From contig CM075996.1 of NCBI GenBank assembly GCA_038087875.1, forward strand, positions 4,652,001 to 4,716,000: DNA of 64,000 bases. The letters run 5' to 3'. The notes beneath the pieces are model-generated. The model was not told the origin of the DNA. It saw only the letters and a program-made list of their open reading frames with translations, and ran no database searches. The position numbers were made by a program, and so were the translations under genes. Source of the DNA: Malacoraja senta (Eukaryota). Below are positions 39,076 to 51,242 of the stretch, in pieces (the stretch's first letter is position 1; each line of letters opens with the position of its first letter).

Positions 39076-39254
39076 ACTCATGAAATTAGTACACCAATAC
39101 CCAAGGAGTCATACCAATCATTATGATGCAGCATCATTGAAGAGAAGGTTTGAAGTTTATGAGAAAAACAATGTTAATAAACTGTGTATCACTTTGAACT
39201 GACAATTATTAGTACTTATTTCATTTGGGTATTTTCATTAACCATGCATCACAG

Positions 39255-39312
39255 ATTTATTGGCAAACTAGCAGTCTGTCTGTCTGATGTCTCCAGCTGC
39301 AACAGGGAATAG
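39255..39312 (+). CDS. MEI1: MEI1 last coding exon
   Basis: tcacag|A TTT ATT GGC...GAA TAG; FIGKLAVCLSDVSSCNRE*, cf. human CLGGVAVSLSHIRN*; phase 2 matches the previous exon. Confidence 0.8.
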
Positions 39313-39401
39313 GGAATCAAATCAAGACTACATTTTCATTGTTATATGGATTAAACCAGCTTCCTCTTCACAAAATACATGTGGCTCTGGGAGTTGGTGT
39401 A

Positions 39402-39407
39402 AATAAA
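39402..39407 (+). promoter_or_regulatory. candidate polyadenylation signal of MEI1
   Basis: First AATAAA, 90 nt after the stop codon; a T/GT-rich tract follows. Confidence 0.45.
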
Positions 39408-40704
39408 ATGTGATGAATTACGTGTGAATGGAAGTAATAATTGTACCATGTTTTTGTTTAATTGCATCTATTTGTAATACTGCAAAAAAAAGTTTTTCCA
39501 GGCAAGTACGGACTGAAGTAAGTAATTACAGTATTTGTAGAATGTATGGAAGAATTTGGTTTATCAGTCACGTGCTCCTAATAAAGAATATTGTTAACTG
39601 AACTTGGCCACTTTGCATTCTTTATAAAACTATACTTGCTTAATTAGTTAAGCAGGATGTCATGGTACAGAGATAGATAGGGTGAAATCTTTGGATTTGA
39701 TCCCTGATCTGTGCTGATCACAGTAGTGGAAATACTAATATTTTCATTAGAAGTTCTGAACAAAGTAGCATAAAAGAAGCCTGGACTAAGGTTACAGGCC
39801 AGCTCTTAACTGAGGAACAAGAGGAGAAATATTTGCTTGAAAAAAAAAGAAATAAATATTCTGACAATAAACCACTTCATTTGGATCATCTAAAAAATAA
39901 AAGGAGTTATGATCCTGTCTTCTCTTCAAATATTTTTCTCTAAATACAAGTAATGGTAAAAGCTAATGGTTAAAGCTAATCGAAGAACTTGGTGTGTGGG
40001 AGCTAAATACACGAGCATTACACAAAGGTTGGAATTCTTTTGTAAAATCATGCAACATTTCAATGCTGGGAAAATGTAAAGCTTTTTGTCTGTTAGTACC
40101 TTGGAGATTTTATGTTGCAATAAAAAAAATTCTGTTATAAGCTGCATCTCTTAGCTATTTAAGAAATAGCAGAATTGGGGGTGAAATTTTCTTGTTTTGC
40201 ATACTAAATGCACACGAGAGCATCCGGTGCTGATTGCATGTATCTGTACATTTGTTTCCATTGAAAGATGTGAAACTAAATATTCTGAGATGAGTACAAC
40301 TGGTGACCAGGAATCTTTCATGTGTTTATTACATTTGAAAAATAATGGGTATCTCCCACTTTTTTTTTCAGGATTATCCGGACTGAAATTCTGTCAGGGG
40401 TATTCAGAAGTATTTCCATTTTTGAAAATTGGTTTTTCGAAAGAATTTATCGGCTAAATGATTTAAATTGGATAGGATGTTTTGTTGTACAAATCCTTTT
40501 AAATTAGTTGTATTAAATTAGATTTTGCTGCAGGTGTGATTGATAATTTCTAGTCAGTATATTTTGTAAATCCTTAATTAGAATTTACTTGCTGGAGACC
40601 TTCACCCATTGCTCTATTACAAAGATGCACAATTGCATTGTTCTGTCAATAGCCTTTCTGCGAATGTTGAAATGCACTGTAACAAATTATGTGGATCTCC
40701 GCAT

Positions 40705-41017
40705 ATAGAAACATAGAAAATAGGTGCAGGAGGAGGCCATTCGGCCCTTCGAGCCAGCACCGCCATTCATTGTGATCATGACTGATCATCCCCTATCAAT
40801 AACCTGTGCCTGCCTTCTCCCCATATCCCTTGATTCCACTAGCCCATAGAGCTCTATCTAACTCTCTTAAATCCATCCAGTGACTTGGCCTCTCCACTGC
40901 CCTCTGTGGCAGGGAATTCCACAAATTCACAACTGTGGCCCCTGGTTCTGGACTTGCCCAACATTGGGAACATTTTTCCTGCATCTAGCTTGTCCAGTCC
41001 TTTTATAATTTTATATG
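40705..41017 (-). mobile_element. CR1 3' end
   Basis: TYKIIKGLDKLDAGKMFPMLG...GYGEKAGTGY* with an (atagaaac)n tail. Confidence 0.9.
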
Positions 41018-41535
41018 TATATTCCACACATGAACATTTGTCACAATATGCTGTTATAACAATAACAACTTGCATTTCCATGCAGCACTCTTGGCCTGGT
41101 AAAATTTCTCAGGGCAATTGAAATATTTAAAATTGGGAATGCTGAAGAGAAAAACAATATGGACGATCACAGTTACAGTATTTAGTTCAGATTTTTAGTC
41201 TAGAGAACTAAACCAAACTTATTAAACTTAATCACAGTTATCTCGGAAAATTGTACGGGAGAGGAAGATTACAAAGATTGGAAGGGCCAATGCCTTGGAT
41301 AGAGTTGAAAACCAGGATGGGTGTTTTAAAAAACGGGGCTTTTTTAAATGTAATGGTATGAATCAGAATGCACTGGTGATAACTGAAGAGGAGTTGATGT
41401 GATTAGAACAGGAAGAACAGTTTTGAGTAATTTTAAAATAACTTGTTTCCATTCAATTGTCAGCCTTCACCTAATTTTTGCTATAGTACATCTGTTTACA
41501 AGTTACAGGCATTGGCAACCTAACGTGTATATGTT

Positions 41536-41714
41536 CAAGAAGGAACTGCAGATGCTGGAAAATCGAAGGTAGTCAAAATTGCTGGCGAAACTCAACGGGT
41601 GCGGCAGCATCTATAGAGCGAAGGAAATAGGCAACGTTTCGGGCCGAAACGTTGCCTATTTCCTTCGCTCCATAGATGCTACCGCACCTGCTGAGTTTCG
41701 CCAGCAATTTTGAC
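41536..41714. mobile_element. palindromic Penelope-tail mini-element
   Basis: 73-bp arms (41570-41642 / 41644-41716) centred on tttcgg-g-ccgaaa; TSD (c)taacgtgtatatgtt at 41520-41535 and 41714-41729. Confidence 0.92.
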
Positions 41715-42489
41715 TAACGTGTATATGTTATCTATAAGCTCACAAAGACTTTTATTGTAGGAGATGGCAATATCATGATGTATGCCTTGTGAAATGTTAA
41801 TATCTAAAAAGGAAACAGTTACCGGTGCTGCTTTCATTAATTCCAAGTTGATAAACAGTGCCAATCTTTAATTTGTGAATTAGACGTATGAAGAAGATGA
41901 CAGATTCAAGCTCACCAGATTTCCTGCAGAGATCTGCCTGATGCTCCTCAACCCCAACTACTCTGAGCTCATCTGTGTCTCTTGCCACATGACGATTATG
42001 TTCTTACACCTGGAAACATTTGATATTAGTGCTTGATTTATTACGGTCACATGTGTGGATAACACCACATTGCAATTTCCATTATCAGTAAATATTTTTC
42101 ACAAGAAAATGTCGCTTTTTCATCCTCATCAGCAATATGCTCCCATGCCTCCAGTGATGTATTGGCACTTCAGGAAAAGAAGATAAGAATGGGAGATGGA
42201 AAATAAAGAAAACTTGTGATTGAGTGAATCTTTACAGGATAGCTATGTTAGCTGCACAGAACAGGAGAGATTAAAGATTAAAATTAAACATATGTGATGG
42301 AACAAGATAATAGAGGTGAATTTGCCAGAGGAATAGTGAGAAATCGATGTATGATTTTAAGTTTGGGGCAAGAGTGTCTGCAGTGACTGGTGGGGTGAAT
42401 TATGTAGAACAGGTCAGGGAATTTCATTAAGGTGAAAGGTGTTGTCATCTCTTGGGTCATATTTTCATTCAGACTGCGATGAGAATGGA

Positions 42490-42750
42490 GAAATACAGCA
42501 TTAAAACAGGCCTTTGGTCCACCTAATCAAACACCTATTTACACTGATTCTACATGGCTTTTATAAATCCAACATCTCCCATCCCAATTCTATCATACAC
42601 CTGCATACTGAGACAATATACAATGGCAAACTGACCGACCAACACACAAATCTCTGAGATAGGAGGAAACCCACGTGGTCGAAGAACAAATGTGCAAACT
42701 CCACAAAGATGGCACTGGAGGCCAAGAGTGAACACTGCGGAGCGGAGAGG
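42490..42750 (-). mobile_element. old V-SINE
   Basis: ggaggaaacccacgtggtc...tgtgcaaactccaca (V-domain, reverse strand) and a CR1-type tail. Confidence 0.55.
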
Positions 42751-43934
42751 TAGTAACTTTTATTAATTATGCCAATAGAAATTGGCAAAAAGATGGGGAA
42801 TAATATTGGCAAACATTGTATTTTGAACAACATTGTGAGACATTTAGTAGGGAAACAATATTCAGCTAAATAGAACACACCAAACAGTCATGGTGTATGG
42901 ATAGATTATAAAGGAACAATTCAGGGTAAGATACATAAACAGGATGAGTACTTGATAAGATAATATAAAAGGATTGGGGGAAGGTTATACAACAGATAGG
43001 AAAGCCAAGGGAAACTGAAAATGAATTATCAAAAGACAAAATATTTTCAATCGGCAAAAAAGAAAGATTGGCTAAGAATTATTAAATTAATGGATTGACC
43101 AATGTACATAATAGGTAACAGGAAAAGGCAGAAATGTTCTTCAGTATTTACCAGAGAGATAGAACTGGTGGACTATGCATCCATCCATCTTAAAATAATC
43201 TAGGGAACATATAGGAGAGGCATTGCTGAAGGTATAATGCTGAAGAATTTTTAAAAGTAATGAAATATCTATAAGAAGAGTGATTTACCATACCTAAGAA
43301 ATCATAGATCATTTTAATATGTAGGGAAAATATTAAAATAATAGATTTTCATTTAGAAACAAGTATCTTGAGGCAATCCCTCAGGATTGAGGATAACCCG
43401 TTTCATTTTGTAGGCTCTGGGGCAGCTGATGTGGGAACTGCAGACATGCATAGATTCAACTGCAGGTTGTAAGTTGATTTTGAGAGTCTGGTGTTTGGCA
43501 TGTGAATGATTTCACCTGACTAACACAGCCAAATGAGTGTAACCAGACCCTCTGCTGGGGATGTTGGCATAGGAGAGGGCATTGACATTGTTTTGTTCAT
43601 CCTTAGAATACATTTGGAAGATTTTGCAATATTCCCTGGAGTATTCATATTTTGCCAATAGAATGTGTGTAGTCCAAATCTCCAAAGCTTACATGGGAGC
43701 ATGGACCCTTGTTACCTGGTAAACCATGAGATTTGTGACAGGTCTGAACGCTTAATCCTCATATACCCCTGCGCGTAAATTGAAGGACTTGGTTTATGAA
43801 GGAAATGTTGAATTTCATAATCGCTGCTAGCTAGCCTTTGACGAAAGGTGTTTCTCATGAGGCACGTGGACCAAATCTTCCAAGATCCCATCATGAACCC
43901 TTAAGGTAGGAAGGGATAGCTGTGGAATTGAGAT

Positions 43935-44630
43935 TTCTAAATTTGCAGACGGTATCAAACTTGGAGAAATATTTAATACTCAGGACTACAGCAACTTAGT
44001 CATTAATAAACTTGTAAAAAGGGATATATTAATTAACACAGATAAAGGTGACATGCTCTGATTGGAAGACAAGAGATCACTCATTATTTGGTATTGTATA
44101 AGAATACAAAGATCTTTGTGTCCAAATGCAACAATTATTAATTAGGGCACCAGAAATGAAGAAAGTAATTTTTTTTTAAAAGCAAAGCATAGAATTGAAA
44201 AGTTGTGAACGTATCCTAAACCTATATTGAAATTTGATTAAACTACACTATACAGTTCTAGTTACTATATAATGAAAAAAATACAGTTGCACTGGAGAAG
44301 ATTTAAGTAGGTCTCATTTCTTTTGGGAGGAGGGCAAGGGATGAGTAACTAGCTCTTTAATATGGAAAAAGGTTTTAGTTGCACAAAAACAGAATACTTC
44401 CACTTGTGAGGATGTGCTAAATTAGAAGCCATTAATCTAGCTGGTGTCAAGAAATCAAATTAGGAATGCTGAAGGGCTGCTTTATTTTTTAAATGCTCGG
44501 AATGTGGAATTCGGCAACAGAGGTTCTGGTTGAAATGACAAATGTACTTAATGTATTTAAGGGGGAGCCTAGATTGTCATTTGGGGAGAAGAGGATAGAG
44601 GGTTATGCCGATACATTTAGACGTGAAAAG
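43935..44630 (+). mobile_element. very old CR1 fragment
   Basis: tctaaatttgcagacggtatcaaactt (SKFADGIKL) and a degenerate WNS..VVE..FK C-terminus. Confidence 0.55.
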
Positions 44631-44680
44631 ACAAACAGGCTGCAGTGGAGCATAAATGTGGACATTAAGTGCTCGAATGT

Positions 44681-45824
44681 CCACTATTGAGAGCAAGATT
44701 AATACCAGAGGTCTCACCATTGAATCTAAAACGGCAGATCAGTTGGTCGTCAAATGTGACTCACTGCTTGGACATATATTCTACGTAAATGACTGTGGAC
44801 GTCTAAGCCACAATAACCATAATATTGGTTTTTTGGCATGCCAGGAATCAGTCGAATGTAATGGATTTTTCCAGTATTTTGAATCGTAGCGTCAACACAT
44901 CACAGAAACAGGCACGTTGAGAAGGAACTGCAGATGCTGTTTTGTGTAAATGATTTAATGTAATTCTATGTGGTGTAAATGTGACAAATTTGTATAATTA
45001 ATTATTAATGGTATGGACCTTGTTTGTAGGTTAATGGATATTATGGAGTGAAATATGTGGAGTGGCAGTGATAGCTGGTTCACCTATAAAATCCAATCAG
45101 AGCTGGAAACAGAGTGGAAGGTAAGGGATGTTGATACACTAAGCCTATGCTGGTCCAATTGACCTGCAAAAGGAAGAGCATTGTATGTACCAATTCACAT
45201 TGGGGCTCAGTAGGATCAGTGACAATTGCTTTGGAGGGGGGCCTACTGGGACTTATCAAAAATCACACAAAAGGACGGTGTAGAATAATCTAACGGAGAG
45301 CTGAGCCTGCAACAGTATTCAAAGAATAAGAAAGGATAGATGCTGAAAGATTCAGGTCCGCAACTTGATGATCAAAGGCAAAGTAAAGAAAGGATACAGT
45401 GTAGGGGAGGGGGAAGAAAAGGGCCAAAACGTGAAAAAAAACATTCATGCGTCATTTGAGTAGAGGTACTTGAAGATGAACTGAATGAGTCAGGCATTCC
45501 ACAATGCTAGAAATAATATTTTAAAGCTGAGCTAATTTCAAGCTAAACCACCTCCAGCAAATTACCACTATTGAGAGCAAGATTAATACCAGAGGTCTCA
45601 CCATTGAATATAAAACGGCAGATCAGTTGGTCGTCAAATGTGACTCACTGCTTGGACATATATTCTGCGTAAATGACTGTGGACGTCTAAGCCACAATAA
45701 CCATAATATTGTTTTTTTTGGCATGCCAGGAATCAGTCAAATGTAATGGATATTTCCAGTATTTTGAATCGTAGCGTCAACACATCACAGAAACAGGCAC
45801 TTTGAGAAGGAACTGCAGATGCTG
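44681..45824. repeat. dispersed direct duplication, about 260 bp x2 (44681-44939 and 45565-45824)
   Basis: Near-identical copies from ccactattgagagc to gaaggaactgcagatgctg. Confidence 0.95.
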
Positions 45825-46871
45825 ATTTAAGCTGAAGATAGACACAAAAAGCTGGAGTAAGTCAGCGGGACAGGCAGCACCTCTGGAGAGAAGGAATGGG
45901 TGACGTTTCAGGTCTTGACCCTATACAGATTTATATATATATGCTGACCTTTGGATTCTTATGTAACCTAATCCCATTTACCACCACTTAGCTTGTGCCA
46001 ATTCTGCCTTAGTCAATGCAGATGCTTGTCCAAATGCTCCTGAGATTTTGTGCGAGTATCTTCGTCTACACCTTATCAGGCGGTGCCTTCCAGGTTGCAA
46101 ACACCTACTGAAAAAGTTATTTCAGTGATCCCCACCATTACTCTCACTCCTCATTTTAAACTTGTGCCCTTAGATCTTAGAGATGTTTAGTTTATTTATT
46201 GTCGCATGTACTGAGGTACAGTGAAAAGACTTCCACCATGTGGAAAAGTATTATAATAGCTACCCAATTCATGCCGTTCATATATACCTCTATCAGATCC
46301 ATCACCCACCCACTGCTGCAAAGAACATAAGCCCAGCCTATCATAGCTGTAACATTGCATCGCACTCTATCTACATGTGCTGCACCTTCAGGGATATTTG
46401 GGCTTGTATACCTAGGTCCCCGGGGTCAAGGAAAGAGCGTTCACGTCACGGCCCTGTTTCCACCAATCTTTCCACCACCACGCACAAGAAGTGACACAAA
46501 GTGCAAGACAGACACCATTGTAGCCAGATGCCGAGAAGTGTGTTCAGCTCTGGCTGAACAAGTTCTAATCTTGTGTGTGGATTCGATAAGACCTAGGTCC
46601 CTATGTTCCTCAATGGTCCTTGGAGCTCGACCATTCATGGAATATGTGCGCAATTTTACATGCGTAAGGCTAATTCTACTGTATGCAATGATAACACAAG
46701 ATTTATTAGGAAAACAACTATTGTGTTATCAATGAACTACCTGCAGCTTTAGACTATAGAATGATATTAACTGGTGAGTTGGGCAGGGCAATGGCAGATG
46801 CATTCCTCTCGTTATAAAGCCAATTGAATGAATGGGGAGAGAGCTTCAGGAGCTAGAGAGTTTCATACTTA

Positions 46872-47067
46872 AGGGTCTGTCCCACTTTCACAACCTAATT
46901 CACGACCTCTGCCGAGTTTGCCCTTGACATACTCGCAGCATGGTCGACAGTAGGTCGTAGCAGGTCATGATGCTAGTCGTAGGTACTCGTGGCATCAAGT
47001 AGGTCGGGCGTTTTTCTAGCATGATGAAAAAGGTCGTGAATTAGGTCGTGAAAGTGGGACAGGCCCT
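46872..47067. mobile_element. PIF/Harbinger-like MITE
   Basis: Long TIRs agggtctgtcccactttcacaacctaattcacgacct / aggtcgtgaattaggtcgtgaaagtgggacaggccct; TSD TTA. Confidence 0.88.
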
Positions 47068-47460
47068 TTAGAATAACAATGTTACCTTTCCGACAGGATT
47101 ATTTTTAAATGGTATTTTTGCAATGTTTATTTTTAATATAGGGTAAACAATATAAAAGGTTGTACTCTACATTGTTTAATAGAATATTATTGCACAAATG
47201 TCATTAAAAGCAAATGCTTATCAATTTCCATGGCCATCTGTTGTTAAAGTAGCAACTGAGTTTGATTACTGTGGGAAGATTACATAGAAACCTTTGTCCC
47301 TTGTGCTGTTTAAATCAAAGACAGTTTTTTTACTGTTACTTTTCAAAGTAACTTTTATGTGGTTCTATAGTTCCCACATGAAATAACTTAAGAAACATTT
47401 TGGCCCTTATAATCTAAAAAAAGTTTCCAAATTTATGGTCGACATTCAAGAATGGGTCGA

Positions 47461-48465
47461 CTGGGCTTGTATTCACTGGAATTTAGTTGGATGAGAGGGG
47501 ATCTTATACAAACATATAAAATTATTAAGGGATTGGACAGGCTAGATGCAGAATAAATGTTCCTGATGTTGGGGGATTCCAGAACCAGGGGTCACAATTT
47601 AAGAATACAAGGCATTGGTGAGGCCAATTCTGGAGTATGGTGTACAATTTTGGTCGCCTAATTATAGGAAGGATGTCAACAAAATAGAGAGAGTACAGAG
47701 GAGATTTACTAGAACGTTGCCTGGGTTTCAACAACTAAGTTACAGAGAAAGGTTGAACAAGTTAGGGCTTTATTCTTTGGAGCACAGAAGGTTAAGGGGG
47801 GGACTTGATAGAGGTCTTTAAAATGATGAGAGGGATAGACAGAGTTGACGTGGATAAGCTTTTCCCATTGAGAGTAGGGAAGATTCAAACAAGGGGACAT
47901 GACTTGAGAATTAAGGGACAGAAGTTTAGGGGTAACACGAGGGGGAACTTCTTTACTCAGAGAGTGGTGGCTGTGTGGAATGAGCTTCCAGTGAAGGTGG
48001 TGGAGGCAGGTTCGTTTTTATCATTTAAAAATAAATTGGATAGTTATATGGATGGGAAAGGAATGGAGGGTTATGGTCTGAGCGCAGGTATATGGGACTA
48101 GGGGAGAATACGTGTTCGGCACGGACTAGAAGGGTCGAGATGGCCTGTTTCCGTGCTGTAATTGTTATATGGTTATATGGTTATGTAGGGTTAGGCCATT
48201 TAGGACTGAGATGAGGAAACACATTTTCACCCTAAGAGTTGTGAATCTGTGGAATTCTCTGCCACAGAAGGCAGTGGAGGCCAATTCACTGGATGTTTTC
48301 AAGGGAGAGTTAGATAGAGCTCTTAGGGCTAATTGAATCATGGGATATGGGGAGAAAGCAGGAACAGGGTACTGATTTTGGATGATCAGCCATGATCATA
48401 TTGAATGGTGGTGCTGGCTCAAAGGGCTGAATGGCCTACTCCTGCACCTATTTTCTATGTTTCTG
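47461..48465 (+). mobile_element. CR1 3' fragment interrupted by a second CR1 subfamily (47608-48186)
   Basis: The outer copy is colinear with 51243-51683 across the junction aagaata|agggttagg. The inner copy encodes VRPILEYGVQFWSP...FFTQRVVAVWNELP and ends in (gttatatg)n. Confidence 0.9.
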
Positions 48466-48784
48466 CTACTTGCATTCTATCCAATTCATGTTATGGAAAC
48501 ATGTTTTATAGCAGAACCACCTGAACCCAGCTTGGGATGTTATGGAGACCTTTGGGGCCAAGCATCTATATCACACATAAACTTGTTTTGAAACTGGCAG
48601 AAGGAATGCACCATCTCTTAAACCATTGTCCTATCTGCCCTGTTGGCCACCTATTGCCCCCTCTGTACACCAGTTAACACCATGCCCACGCAAGGTCACC
48701 CTTTAGTCCAAGGACTGCATAAGAAGCAAAGTTGTGGCTCGCCAGAGGCTTGAGTATAAATATCTAATCCCCTGACTTTACATT

Positions 48785-49392
48785 ACACTAGGGATGTAAT
48801 GTTGAGGCTCTATCAGGCGCTGGTACGGCCGTATTTGGAATATTGTGAGCAATTTTGGGCACCGTATCTAAGGAAGGATGCGCTGGCTCTGGAGAAGGTC
48901 CAGAGGAGGCTTACAAGAATACTCCCAGGAATGAGTAGGGTAACCTACGATGAGTGGCCTGTACTCGCTGGATTTTAGAAGAATGAGGGGAGACCTCATT
49001 GAAACATTCAGAATAGTGTAAGGCTTGGATAGAGTGGATGTGGAGAGGATGCTTCCATTAGCGGGGGAGGGGGTCTAAACTACATGTCATAGCCTCAGAA
49101 TTAAAGTACGTTCCTTTAGGAAGGAGTTGAGGGGACATTTAGTTCGTCAGAGGGTGGGGAATCTGTGGAATTCTTTGCCACAGAAGCCTGTAGAGGTCAA
49201 GTCAGTGGATATTTTTTAAGGCAGAGATAGATAGATTCTTGATTAGTACAGGTGTCAAAGGTTATGGAGAGAAGGCTGGAGAATGGGGTTAGGAGGGAGA
49301 GGTAGATCAGCCATGATTGAATGGCGGAGTAGACTAGATGGGCCGAATGGCCTAATTCAACTCCTAGAACTTATGACCTTATGACTTTATGA
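48785..49392 (+). mobile_element. CR1 3' fragment
   Basis: LYQALVRPYLEYCEQFWAPYLRKDALALEKVQRR peptide and a (ttatgac)n tail. Confidence 0.85.
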
Positions 49393-50088
49393 TCAGGTAG
49401 CACATAGCAACAATTTGAGGAAAACAGTCAGGAAGTAGGAGTTGATGCTAATGTCAATTCCTCATTCATCATCACTGAAACATGATGAGGTAATGAGATT
49501 ATTGTGTACAATTTGGTTCCCTATATTTCTCACAGGTGTCTAATACTAGACAGCATTGTTTTAAGGATAGGAGGAAGAAATATAGAGGAGATTTGACAAA
49601 TGTTTTTTTTTCATTCAGGGGTGGCTGGACTCTGGAGGAAGGTACTCCCACACAATTTAAGAAGAATTTCAATGAGCACTTGAATCATCAAGGCATAGCA
49701 GGCAGTGGAGCAAGTACTGAGATGTGGCAGGTGGATTAGGTTGATATTTGATGCTTGGCATGTACATAATGGACCTTCGAGGTTTGGTTCTGTGCAGTAC
49801 ATAGGGGCACATCAACGCTGCATCATTGATTTAAAAGCTTTTGAATGTTCTGCGGCTGTAAACTCACCGAATAAACTTCTTCATTTCTTTTCCCAGCGGG
49901 CCTTTTGCTTGGGAGTATTCATGCTAAAAAGACAAGGCTCGCAGAGAATTACGGCCTTGTGATCATAAGAGGGGGATATTGTAGCAAAGAACACGTAGCA
50001 TTACAGCACAAAAACAGGCCCTTTGAGCCACAATGTCTGTGTCAAACATGATGCATTTAATAAAAGGAAACAAGCAGGGAAGCAGTCT

Positions 50089-50291
50089 AGGGCCTGTCCC
50101 ACTTGGGCGTCACGCAGATGGCGCGCGAAGATTTTGTACATCCCAAAATCTTGGGGGCGCCACGTGCGACCCTGCATATGGCACCATGCACCATGCACGT
50201 GTAATGTGCACCATGCGCGCGCCGTGTGTCGTGACGCATAAATGATGCCGCGTAAATTACGCGCAAATTACGCCCAAGTAGGACAGGCCCT
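50089..50291. mobile_element. PIF/Harbinger-like MITE
   Basis: TIR agggcctgtcccacttgggcgt / acgcccaagtaggacaggccct; the TSD is not matched on the left. Confidence 0.75.
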
Positions 50292-50864
50292 TAAATCTTT
50301 TTAAAGTGATAGGGGGATACCGGGGGCATACAGTTCAGCCACCAGTACTTTTGCTGCATACAAGACCCAAATCATTGCATCCAGTGGAATTCGCCTCATG
50401 CATGTAAACCTGCGCAAAGACCACTCCTCAACAATCTCCACCCTACCGAGAGTGGAGGGCACGAAGGACACATGATCAGTTGGTTAAGGATGTAGAGAGG
50501 ACAGGTGCCGAGGACCAGAGGTTGCAGGGAGAATTCCTGGAGAGGTTGGGGAGTGGATTCCTGGTGAGGAGGTGATTAGTGGACCTTTGTTAAAGAAGGC
50601 AACATGGGGTGGTTGGCTGGTGATGCCCAGAATAATATGCAAGGCCTGGAGAAGATTGGCAGGAATGGTAGTGGGATGGGTTGATCAGTAACAATGAGAC
50701 ATTGAAAAGACTGGAAAGTTGGCAGGAACTGGTGCCAGCAGCAGCTTATATTGAGTCAGGCCCTTTGACTCATGAGAAGCAGGTAACTAAACCCTCTGGA
50801 TAAGAGCCATTTCACGATTTGTGGTCCCACTGTTCATAGGGCAGTTTTTCAGAATAAAATTTCA

Positions 50865-51050
50865 TGCAGGTGACGTGGCTTTGGATTAAGAGGGCTGATC
50901 CGTGGGCGGTTGCAAGTCGCTGGGACGCACGTCGGGGCTTGATCAACCCCGGCTGGGTTGCCTGGGCGAGGGTGTCTGATGTTGTGAGACCCAAAACACC
51001 CAATGACCCCCAGATCACATCACTGAGGATGCGCCCCAGCGCATCTAGAA
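50865..51050 (+). mobile_element. HERO-like (RLE-clade) LINE extreme 3' end
   Basis: WLWIKRADPW peptide followed by gatcaaccccggctgggttgcctgggcgagggtgtctgatg...acaccc...catcactgaggatg; assignment from recall. Confidence 0.55.
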
Positions 51051-51242
51051 GACGTATCTTTCACACTTCACACAAATAAAGTGGTTTATGCCAATTGACA
51101 TCATCAAGGATGAACATGGTCCTACGCAAACATGCTGTTTGGATAATAATGAACAAAGTGATTTGCAACTCAAGAAGTGAATCGCAGACAGTTATAAGAA
51201 AGTGTCCTAATCTTCTCCCTCTGGCATTAAGGGAAATTAACT

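Larger units (their letters stand above)
36636..39254 (+). other. U12-type (minor spliceosome) GT-AG intron of MEI1
   Basis: 5' site GTATCCTTT matches the U12 consensus. 3' end is TTTTCATTAAC-CATGCATCACAG: a U12-like branch point (consensus TTCCTTAAC) close to the AG, with no polypyrimidine tract. Confidence 0.8.
1228..39312 (+). other. MEI1: MEI1 gene, 3' portion (19 coding exons; 5' exons lie upstream of the window)
   Basis: 19 AG/GT-bounded exons total 2397 nt (798 codons + TAG). Every intron phase is compatible and the peptides are colinear with the human MEI1 sequence as recalled (e.g. FSEFLL..CD.LCIP.VM, KA.IYLL.ICQ.K, SQPW.RFLLFTL). Confidence 0.93.

Noticed and set aside
50970..51005. 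Hammerhead-like ctgatg...aaac in the HERO-like 3' UTR
   Set aside because: It lacks the CTGANGA and GAAA cores and is better read as a simple stem-loop (gggtgt/acaccc).
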